Of a stretch of DNA of 57,369 nt, positions 17,492-25,900 are shown in pieces (the first letter of the stretch is position 1; the number at the start of each line of letters is the position of its first letter). The stretch is from the IMG/VR virus record IMGVR_UViG_3300046675_000098. One strand, 5' to 3'. This DNA comes from an uncultured virus (IMG/VR IMGVR_UViG_3300046675_000098) (taxonomy: Duplodnaviria > Heunggongvirae > Uroviricota > Caudoviricetes). A model generated the notes under the pieces. The model worked only from the letters and a program-made list of their open reading frames with translations. It made no database searches and was not told the DNA's origin. A program made the translations under genes and the position numbers.

Positions 17492-18391
17492 CTACCGGGT
17501 GATACTGGATCTACGGAGGGTCTTGACGTTCTGGCTCACGAAGAGGACGTCCTCGGTACGGCGCGAGTTGCTATCACCTGCGTAGCCGTTGGGTGCTTTC
17601 CAGTGCACGACGTCCCAACCGGCGTCCAGCAGGGGCTCGTACTCGTCTTTGTAGCCAGCTAGTACCACCTTGGCATGGCGCCGTTGGTGCAGGCACCAGT
17701 CGATCACGGCCTTGTTCAGGGGCTCGTCCTCGGCGTAGAGACCCTTGGCCCGCCGTGTGGTGGTCGTGGTGGCGTAGGGCGGGTCCAGGAAGACACCCAC
17801 GGTGCTGCGCTTCCAGCGGTTGATGATGGCCGGGGTGCAGGCCCGCTCCCAGGCTTCCATCCCACCGGTCCAGTCACCCCGGAGGAACTGCACGGTACTG
17901 ATGCGCGCTGCTACCGCAGCGATACGTTCATCGGTCAGGCCGACCGCCCAGGCGCCCTTGAGGGAACGATCGATGTGGGGGCGCTGCCGTGCAGGCTTCC
18001 AGCCGTAACCCTTGCCGATCCACGAACTGATGCCCTGCCACCACCATGCTGCTAGCTCAGGATCGCAGTAACGAGGGTCGTCCAGCTTCTCGTTGAGCAC
18101 CGTGCGGGCATCGAGGAGGGCAGCGTGGCGAGCATGGATGTCCTTCTCGAACTGCGGTCCACCCAGGTAGCTGGCCACGACTTCCCAGTCGGTCTGCAAC
18201 GCCCGCCAGAAGTTGAGCAACAGACCATCAAGATCTACAGCGATCTCGTTCTTGGGCGCGCTGGGTCGGGCCAGTAGTACCGCGAGGCTCCCAGCGAAGG
18301 GCTCGATGTACAGGTCTGGCGCGCCAAGGTGCCGCCACACTGCTGTGGCGGCACCGGTCTTACCCCCGAAGTACGGGAACAACGTGTTCAT
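17492..18391 (-). CDS. orphan DNA adenine methyltransferase (Dam/D12 class)
   Basis: PYFGGK, EPFAGS, FLDPPY motifs. Confidence 0.9.
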   Translation of the reverse strand: MNTLFPYFGGKTGAATAVWRHLGAPDLYIEPFAGSLAVLLARPSAPKNEIAVDLDGLLLNFWRALQTDWEVVASYLGGPQFEKDIHARHAALLDARTVLNEKLDDPRYCDPELAAWWWQGISSWIGKGYGWKPARQRPHIDRSLKGAWAVGLTDERIAAVAARISTVQFLRGDWTGGMEAWERACTPAIINRWKRSTVGVFLDPPYATTTTTRRAKGLYAEDEPLNKAVIDWCLHQRRHAKVVLAGYKDEYEPLLDAGWDVVHWKAPNGYAGDSNSRRTEDVLFVSQNVKTLRRSSITR

Positions 18392-18395
18392 GGTC

Positions 18396-18602
18396 TCATT
18401 GTGACAGAGCCTCCGTGATGCGTTCCTTGTGCGGGTTGCAGGCCACGTCCATTAGCTCGCCATCGAAGACCACGGCCCACGCTGCCTGCCTCGTGGGGTG
18501 CGAGGGGATGGGGTCCTTGACAAAGTCCGGCATCGAGCACGTCATGTTGACGTAGTCCTCCCCGAACCACTCATTGATGTTCACGAAGACGATGTCATCC
18601 AT
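18396..18602 (-). CDS. small hypothetical protein
   Basis: TACCAT-N6-ATG leaderless start; precedes the methyltransferase. Confidence 0.55.
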   Translation of the reverse strand: MDDIVFVNINEWFGEDYVNMTCSMPDFVKDPIPSHPTRQAAWAVVFDGELMDVACNPHKERITEALSQ

Positions 18603-18630
18603 GTGTACATGGTACCGCTCATGTACACAT
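18601..18630. promoter_or_regulatory. perfect 11-bp inverted repeat overlapping a -10 element (operator-like)
   Basis: ATGTGTACATG-GTACCGCT-CATGTACACAT. Confidence 0.6.
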
Positions 18631-18986
18631 CAGTCATACCAGCCCTGGATGAACCTAAGGGCCACACTCTTGTGGAGGAGGATGGTCCCACGGATCTTGG
18701 TAGGACGCCCATGGGCATCAACACGCACATAGGGCACCTGGTTCTTCGTGCGACCAACGATCCTGTCTCGGGTGGTTCCGCTGTTCTTCTCCCCGACCCA
18801 CATCACGATCTGTTCGAGGCACACCCAGTCCGAGTCTGTGCTCACCATCCCGTAGTGATCGTCTCTATCGTTTCCGTTCTGGAACAGTTGCCTTCGGGTA
18901 ACTCGCTGACCAGGTGGTATAGAGGGGCCAGAGGGCAACGGTGGATCACCGGGCCAACCTGACTGGATCACGTGGAGGTCCACCAC
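18630..18986 (-). CDS. hypothetical basic protein
   Basis: 118-aa ORF tiling on the coding strand. Confidence 0.55.
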   Translation of the reverse strand: MVDLHVIQSGWPGDPPLPSGPSIPPGQRVTRRQLFQNGNDRDDHYGMVSTDSDWVCLEQIVMWVGEKNSGTTRDRIVGRTKNQVPYVRVDAHGRPTKIRGTILLHKSVALRFIQGWYD

Positions 18987-19306
18987 GCTTTCTGCTCGTT
19001 GAGCACGTACCGGAGACGAGACGTGATGTCGTCAGCCGTACTCCACGCTTCACGCAGAAGATCGGTCTCCACCATGTCCTCGATGGACATCTGCGCGCAC
19101 GCCGCCAGGAGGGCCACAAGCGGGATCGGTGCTGGAGCTACCTCCCCCGCTTCGATGCGCTGCACAGCGTCAGCCACGAAGGCCGCAGTTTGGGTACCCA
19201 GGCGACGACGATGCGGTTCAGACAAGTACTCACACACCCGCAGGATGTACGCCTGCGGGGTCTCATCGTCACGGGGTTCGGGAGCGTCCTCTCTTGTTGT
19301 TGTCAC
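18968..19306 (-). CDS. hypothetical protein
   Basis: GTGA overlap with the upstream stop. Confidence 0.6.
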   Translation of the reverse strand: MTTTREDAPEPRDDETPQAYILRVCEYLSEPHRRRLGTQTAAFVADAVQRIEAGEVAPAPIPLVALLAACAQMSIEDMVETDLLREAWSTADDITSRLRYVLNEQKAWWTST

Positions 19307-19884
19307 AACTTGATGGACTCCGGCTTCCAGGACCGGCGCTTGATGCTGCCTCCCGTCTTGGTACCCCTACCCGACTTGCCCCGGATCGTGGCCCCCGACC
19401 GATACCCCTTCTTTTGATAGGGAGCAACGATCGTGACCGTGCCCAACACACTGTCCAGCTTGTCAGGAAGTTGCAGAGCTATCTTCTTGAGGCCCCTCTT
19501 CATGCCCTTCTCAGCAGTCGGTGACTGAGCGTTACCATCAAGCTCAGCCACCAGGTTGGCCGAGGCAGATGTCAACTGCCCCCGGTACCAGACGTCTGGG
19601 TCGGCCCACGGGTGGATCTTCGGGTCCAACCGCATGCAGACGTAGGACTTGGACACACCTCGACGGCCAAGCTCCACGATGCCATTGGTGCTAGCTGTCG
19701 CGGTCATGCCGTTGGCAACCGTGCAGTGGTGCACATCGAGACAGATTGCCTCGATACGGTTCCTGTACGTGTAGTGGAAGCTGATCTTGACCCCATCAGG
19801 GATGTCAACGTACTCATTGGTGTCGTACGGGTGGACGGTGGACTGCGGCGTACGCACCAGGCGGCGCCGAGGCTGCTCAGGCAT
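19303..19884 (-). CDS. hypothetical basic protein (candidate DNA-binding)
   Basis: AAGGGAG ribosome-binding site, own promoter, Lys/Arg-rich C-terminus. Confidence 0.65.
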   Translation of the reverse strand: MPEQPRRRLVRTPQSTVHPYDTNEYVDIPDGVKISFHYTYRNRIEAICLDVHHCTVANGMTATASTNGIVELGRRGVSKSYVCMRLDPKIHPWADPDVWYRGQLTSASANLVAELDGNAQSPTAEKGMKRGLKKIALQLPDKLDSVLGTVTIVAPYQKKGYRSGATIRGKSGRGTKTGGSIKRRSWKPESIKL

Positions 19885-19928
19885 GCCATGCTCCCTTCTG
19901 ATTCGGTGTCCTCACACCTGGGCCGAGC

Positions 19929-19965
19929 AGCGTACCGCGTTCTGGGACGGCCGTCAGTGTCAGTG
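19929..19965 (-). promoter_or_regulatory. promoter whose -35 overlaps a 13-mer motif copy
   Basis: CTGACG(19957-19952)-N17-TACGCT(19934-19929); motif at 19953-19965. Confidence 0.55.
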
Positions 19966-19992
19966 GTTCGTAGGGCACTGTACCTGAGAAAC

Positions 19993-20028
19993 GAGGCACC
20001 CCCTGGGTCCGAGCCCAGGGGGTGCCTC
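19993..20028 (-). terminator. intrinsic terminator
   Basis: 15-bp perfect stem GAGGCACCCCCTGGG/CCCAGGGGGTGCCTC followed by GTTTCT on the minus strand. Confidence 0.75.
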
Positions 20029-20050
20029 TTCGCCCGCTACAACAGGGACT

Positions 20051-20935
20051 CTACTGCGCGATGAAGGCCAGCGCATCAGCCTCGGGGATCATGCGGGTGA
20101 CCACGGCGTGGTTGAAGTGGACGACCACCAACACACCCTGGCCATCACCGTTGGTAAGGGCCACCGTCTCCGGGGGCCGCAGCTTGGACTCGATGACCTC
20201 GATCAACTCCTTCTTGCTCGCACCCTTGGAGTCGATGCCCTGCGAGCGAGCAACGGCGCCAAGCTCAGCCATCGTCATCTTCGCCAGTTCGGCAGGGGTG
20301 TAGACCACCACCTCGTCAGCCTCGGGCTCACCCTCCTCAAGTTCCTCGACCGCCTCGATGATCTCGTCCACCGTGGCTGACGCCGCGGCCTTCTTTGCGG
20401 CCTTCTTGACGGGTCCCGGCGCCTTCGCCGCCGCCGCTTTCTTGGTGGCCGATTTGGCAGGCACCGGCTCCGGCTCCGGCTCGACTTCGCCTTCGTCCTC
20501 ACCCTCCAGCGTGATCTTGTACATCTGACCGTTCAACTGGAACACCGGGGTGTCTCCGTCGATGGCCGTCTCCATGAAACGCTGAAGGTCATCGTCGGGG
20601 TTGTCGTCGTCCAGCAGCACGAGCAGCGTTGCATCTTCGCTCTCAGCCACGCGCTCCTGGATGCGCTCCAGCATCGAGCCGAAGACGTCATCGGTGGCGA
20701 TGGTCTCCTGAGCGCCGTCCACCGTGGTACCAGTGGCGGTGTAGATCTCGAACCAGATCTCGTTGGCCGTCAGCCACTTGACGATGGCGTTGTCCGTGGC
20801 CGTGGGCTCGTCCTTGCCCTCCATGATCGTCCAGAAGTCCACGTCCTCCTGGGTGGCTTTGTCCCGCAGATCCTTGAGGGCTGCGGTGATCTCCTTCACT
20901 GGGCCGGTACCGTTCCCGGCTATCGCGTACAACAT
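20051..20935 (-). CDS. acidic protein with Lys/Ala-rich histone-like linker and HeH/Rho-N-like domain
   Basis: PAKSATKKAAAAKAPGPVKKAAKKA; LAKMTMAELGAVARSQGID..GASKKELIEVI. Confidence 0.7.
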   Translation of the reverse strand: MLYAIAGNGTGPVKEITAALKDLRDKATQEDVDFWTIMEGKDEPTATDNAIVKWLTANEIWFEIYTATGTTVDGAQETIATDDVFGSMLERIQERVAESEDATLLVLLDDDNPDDDLQRFMETAIDGDTPVFQLNGQMYKITLEGEDEGEVEPEPEPVPAKSATKKAAAAKAPGPVKKAAKKAAASATVDEIIEAVEELEEGEPEADEVVVYTPAELAKMTMAELGAVARSQGIDSKGASKKELIEVIESKLRPPETVALTNGDGQGVLVVVHFNHAVVTRMIPEADALAFIAQ

Positions 20936-20980
20936 GCCGTCTCCTGTTCCATGTCTCTTGGTCCATGCACAAAGTGGGTG

Positions 20981-21244
20981 CTACCTGCGGATGGTCCGCG
21001 TCACCGACGCCACCTTAATCCAGTCCCGGATGTGCCCTAGCACCTGGTCCAAGCGGTACCAGATGTGAGCAAACCCGGCTGCTGCTGGCCCCCATGCTGC
21101 TGACTCACCAGCCCACCAGCATCCCAGACAGCCCAGGCCGATGGCCAGCACCATGAAGAACCAGTCCGGGGCCATGATGAGGTCGTGAACCGGGCGGATC
21201 ACAACGAAGACACCCAGGCCTACCAGCACAAACGTCAGTACCAT
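20981..21244 (-). CDS. small membrane protein (holin-like)
   Basis: two or three hydrophobic segments, basic C-terminus, located at the end of the tail operon. Confidence 0.5.
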   Translation of the reverse strand: MVLTFVLVGLGVFVVIRPVHDLIMAPDWFFMVLAIGLGCLGCWWAGESAAWGPAAAGFAHIWYRLDQVLGHIRDWIKVASVTRTIRR

Positions 21245-21256
21245 AGGTTCGGTACC

Positions 21257-22534
21257 CTACGGCATGACGCGTGAACCCCAGTCCTCCAAGGGGTGCTTCG
21301 TGTCGTTGGCGTTCAGCACGTCCCAGTGAGTGTTGAGCGTCTGCCCCGAGGGCACCCAGTCGCTCACCATGGCAGGCAGGGTGACCTGGCCTTCCTTGTA
21401 CTCACCGAAGAGCCTCGCCGCCGTGATGTGCCGGTTGGTGTAGTAGAAGCTGTAGCTCTGGGCCACCTGGCCCTGCCAGGTGAAGTCCCCGGGCATGCCG
21501 GTGAGGCTAGCGCCGTCCCAGTAGTCGTTGAGGGCGTAGGAGTCCTCCAGCAGGCACATGTCCAGATCGAAGGCGCCGTCCGACTCGAAGTGTGGTACCA
21601 CAGCCACCACGTCATCCATGGGCTGGAAGATGCAGTCGATGCGGCTCCACGTGCTGTACAGGAACCATTCATCACCCACATGGCGCGCCCACTGCGTGGC
21701 CACGGTGTTGTAGCCCGTGTCGAGCGCCACGAGCGCGATGTTGATCTTGAGCCCGGTGACCGACCGGACGTAGCACGACAGTCGCCACGCACTCTGGTTG
21801 GGGATGGGGATCGACTCGAACTTCTTGCCGGTCGTGCGCCCGAAGAACCGACCGTCGAGCGCCCCGGCCACACGGGTAAGGGTGCCGTCTGAGCGCCAGC
21901 CGAAGTTGCCGGTGTCCTCGAAAGACGGATTGGGCATCCAGTTGACCCGCTGTGGTACCAGATAGATGTGCTGAGTGCGGGCCGACTGCCAGTCGAGCGA
22001 GCCCGGGGCCTGCACCGTGGGCTCAGGATTGATGGGCGTGGCAACGCCGCCCGTGACCGAGTAGTCGAACAGGTGGTGGGTGGCGTTGGTGATCTTGGCC
22101 CCTGGTGCCACGACGTTGCCGAAGGGACCGTCATCGATCAGCACCCACGGCCGCGTCACCCCCGCTACCGCTGTGCCGTCATCGATATACCAGACGGCAG
22201 CGTCTACGTAGACCGCCCGGTCATTGGTACCAATCGGGATCGGCACCCAGTCGGCGGTGTAGCTCACCGTGTGGATGCCAGGCCGGTTGGTGGCGTCCAG
22301 GATGGCGTCACCCAACGTCTGCGCTGTGGGACGAGCGTAGGTGGGGCTCCCGCCGACTGTTGCCGTCGAGATCTCCTGGAAGCCGATGGCAGCGATGAGC
22401 CCGACGATGTCGTTGGGCGTGCTGACACTCACATCAACCGAGTGCGCGAGCAACGCCATCGTCATGGTCTTCCCGGCGAAGCTGTAGCCCCCGGCGATTT
22501 GCGTCAGCATGAACGGGTTGTAGGTGACGGTCAC
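21257..22534 (-). CDS. minor tail protein with carbohydrate-binding-like domain
   Basis: GTG at 22534 overlaps the upstream TGA; NWMPNPSFE motif, YWDG...WQG....S. Confidence 0.7.
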   Translation of the reverse strand: MTVTYNPFMLTQIAGGYSFAGKTMTMALLAHSVDVSVSTPNDIVGLIAAIGFQEISTATVGGSPTYARPTAQTLGDAILDATNRPGIHTVSYTADWVPIPIGTNDRAVYVDAAVWYIDDGTAVAGVTRPWVLIDDGPFGNVVAPGAKITNATHHLFDYSVTGGVATPINPEPTVQAPGSLDWQSARTQHIYLVPQRVNWMPNPSFEDTGNFGWRSDGTLTRVAGALDGRFFGRTTGKKFESIPIPNQSAWRLSCYVRSVTGLKINIALVALDTGYNTVATQWARHVGDEWFLYSTWSRIDCIFQPMDDVVAVVPHFESDGAFDLDMCLLEDSYALNDYWDGASLTGMPGDFTWQGQVAQSYSFYYTNRHITAARLFGEYKEGQVTLPAMVSDWVPSGQTLNTHWDVLNANDTKHPLEDWGSRVMP

Positions 22535-22980
22535 AGTGGTGCTCCCTCGAACGTCGCAAGGGCGCTGAGTCCCACTGACACTGACGCGCCCACCGACGTG
22601 ATCTGAGCGACCTGAGCGGAGGCTATGTGTCTCCCCTGGAGCGCCGTGGCTGCATGCCACCAGATGGCCGGGAAGACGTACAGGTCCCCGGTGAACTGTT
22701 GCTGGAAGGCATAGCGTTGCCAGGCGGTACTATCGGTGAGCAGACCCCCGGCGCCCGGGTTGTACGTCTGCCGGTAGGCACCCTTGTTGTCGTAGGTGAC
22801 GAAGGAGCCCACCACCGTGGCGTTGGGAGCGCCCAGCAGGTGGCAGCACTGGAACTGGAACTCCCAGACCTCGCCGTTATGCACAGGGATGCCGAAGTGC
22901 TGCCAGTCGGTCTCCTTGGCCCCGTCGAAGCCGCCGTCAGCGGTGAGGCCACAGACCACGGTCATGTCTACATAGGGCAT
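22531..22980 (-). CDS. minor tail protein (CBM-like)
   Basis: TGATG coupling; beta-rich sequence. Confidence 0.6.
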   Translation of the reverse strand: MPYVDMTVVCGLTADGGFDGAKETDWQHFGIPVHNGEVWEFQFQCCHLLGAPNATVVGSFVTYDNKGAYRQTYNPGAGGLLTDSTAWQRYAFQQQFTGDLYVFPAIWWHAATALQGRHIASAQVAQITSVGASVSVGLSALATFEGAPL

Positions 22981-25900
22981 CAGACCACCTCCCAGCGAGC
23001 CAGCACGAGTCCCGGTGAGTAGGTGAGGTTAGAGAGGCGCTGCGTGACCGAAACGATGTAGTTCCGCTGGAGCGCCACGTAGACGATGTCGTTCACGGCG
23101 ATGTCAGTGTCAGTGGTGATCCGACACAGTTCACCGTTGTCGTTGTTGAGGTAACCACTGGCAATCGTCAACCGGTTCTTCATCACCCAGAAGGGCTGCA
23201 TCCCGGTGTAGTCGGCTGTGCTCGGGGTCAGTATGGCCGAGATGCTGAAGTGACCGGCCACCGTGGACTTCCACACCCCCGAGGTGGCAGGGATAGCGAC
23301 AGACTGCGCGATCCGCCAGAACGGGTAGGTGGCGTACGAGTATGTCGGGGTCGTGGTCGTGTAGAAGTCCTGGCTAGACGGGCACCAGATGCGGATCTCA
23401 CACACCTGACCCGCCAACACACTGGCGTTGGTGAGATGCGCGAGGATGGGATGGATGCCATCCGCCGTCGAGCGACTGTGCTCCACGCCGCCGATGAACA
23501 ACGCGATGATCGTGCCCGCCAGCACCGGAGTATTCGCCGCGATACCACCGATGAACATCACGTTGAACTCAGCCAGCGTTACGTTGCTGGCGGGTTGCCA
23601 ACCGATACCATCTCCGGCCACGTTGGTCCACGCCACGCCCGAAGGTGCGAAGACATCCGCTGGCCAGGAGGTACGGTTCCATCCAGCAGGCAACGTAATC
23701 GTGCCGCCTGGTGAGCTACTGGCGGCTGCCACGTGCGAACCCAGCATCTTGTTGGTAGCCGTCGCCCCTGCCGCGATCGCACCCGCATCGACCCACGCCG
23801 TGCCGGTACCACCGGTCGGCGCTGACCGCTGCGTATTGATATTGACGACGTCCCTGGTGGTCAGGTACGTACCGGTACCACCTGGTGGACCGAAGAACTG
23901 CCCGACCCACGACACTCGGGTGCTGTCGTAGAGATACAGCATCTCGTAGCTCTGCGCCGGGTTCCACGGCCGGTCCGGTATGTTCGACTGCGCCCGACCG
24001 GTGATCATGGGCACCGTGGAGCGCAACGTCGTGAGGTCAGGCGGTGCGATGGCCGGAGAGCCATCAGCCACCTGCCACTTAGGGTTGTAACCCGAGATGG
24101 GTCCCAGGGCACCCATCGTGGCCGGGATGGTCAACGTCGCTATACCAGCGACCCAGAACAGCCCCGGGTGTCCACCCACTGTCTGGTACTCTAGATGCCA
24201 GGTGGTACCGTCCTGTAGCTGTACGTAGTCACCGGACTTCCACGCCACCGGAGGATGCACGTTGCTGATGCTGGGGCCACCAGTGTTGAGCGCCGCGATG
24301 TTGGCAGGGGGCAACGCACCCATGGGGAACATCCAGGCCGGAGCCCCGGCGTTGACATAGCCCAGCGTGGGACGCGTCACTGTGCCTGGCCCTGCTACCC
24401 ACGCGGTGCCGTTCCAGTGCGTCGTCTCGGCGTTCGGCAAGGTGTACATGTCACCAGCCCACCAGCCCGCCGTGTTGACCGGGTAGTAGTTGGGCACGAC
24501 CCCAGCCACCACCGGAGGTACCGCCGCGAGGAGCCCAGCGAAGGTCTGCGGGTAGAAGCTGACAGGCCCGGTGATGTTGCTCACCGCCCCGTAGAGCCCC
24601 GGGAAGATGGTCACCAGGATCTCGATGATCTCCATGACACCACGGCCCATCTCGGGCGGCAGTTGCGGCAGTGTGAGAGTGGTGGCAAAGCCCGTGGAGT
24701 TGTACGTGCCCGCGTACTTGCGAAGCTGGAGGTAGGTGTACAGGTCATTGGGCGGGTGCGTGGGGCCGATGGGGTTCGTCATGTCCAGCACGTGAGGATT
24801 CGTGTACGGCAGCCAGTGGCCCACGCCGTTGACGAACTCAGCGTCATCAGGCGAGAGCACTGCGTTGTAGCCCTGGATCACGATGGCCTGGTAGTTACTG
24901 GCGGCGTAGATCATCTCCTGGAGCCCCAGGAGCGTCCCTCGCATGCCCTCAAGCTCCCACAACCGCCCTACCAGCGAGCGGTACCGGGCTCCCCCCAGGG
25001 CAGACTCCGGGGGGAGCCCGAGGTTGGCCCCCACTTGTTGAGTGAACTGTAGCGGAGCCAGGTCGTTGTCGTAGATGTTCAGGATGCCGTCGAGCAGTGT
25101 CCGGTTGTAGTCGGCGTCGTAGCCCAGCACGGCCAGGAAGCGCCGCAGTTGCCCGTTCTGCCCGTCCCCTGCGGCCTGATTGTCCACCCCCTGATAGAAA
25201 GGCGGGATCATGCCGAACAGCTTGTCGGCATGACCGTACATCTTTGGTACCAGCACCTTCTCAGTAGCAGCAGCCATCCAGAGCGCAGGCTGTGGGTACG
25301 GCTGGCTGGTGACGTTGACGAAGAGCGTGTAATAGTACCAACGGCCCTCGGTGAGGGGCTTGTCCCACGCCTGTTGATTGAACTGAGCGGTCACCGGGAG
25401 CGCCAGGTTGTCCGGATTGTAGAACACGGGCTCGCCGTCGAGGGGCGTGGTGGGGTAGCCGAAGCCACCCCGCACCAGTACCATCTCGCCCCGGTTGGGC
25501 ACCGAGGCAGGCACCTGGATACGCATTAGCACAGCGTCGTACCCGTACGGCGTGCCGGTGAGCGTGGTGCCCTTGACGACGTCGAAGACGTAGTCCTGCG
25601 GGCCGTAGCGCAGCGGTGACTGGATGCCCGCCGTGATCGAGTCGGGCCATGGCGTGGCCCAGTACGTCCGCATGTCGTTGTAGACCTGATAATGCGCGCT
25701 CAGGTCGTTACTCACGAAGCCGAAGGACTGCTCCCGCGTACCACCCGAGGGCCGGTCGATCACGGTGAACCACAGGATCGGCCCCATGCGTGACCGGATG
25801 CTGGCCATGCAACCACCCGGCATGATGGTGGCGAAGACGTTGTGCGCCCGGTTGGACTGCTCAGCCTGGCTGATGGGTACCGACCGTGGCGCACCGGTCT

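Noticed and set aside
17492..18391. Restriction-modification system
   Set aside because: No recognisable endonuclease adjacent; treated as an orphan methyltransferase.
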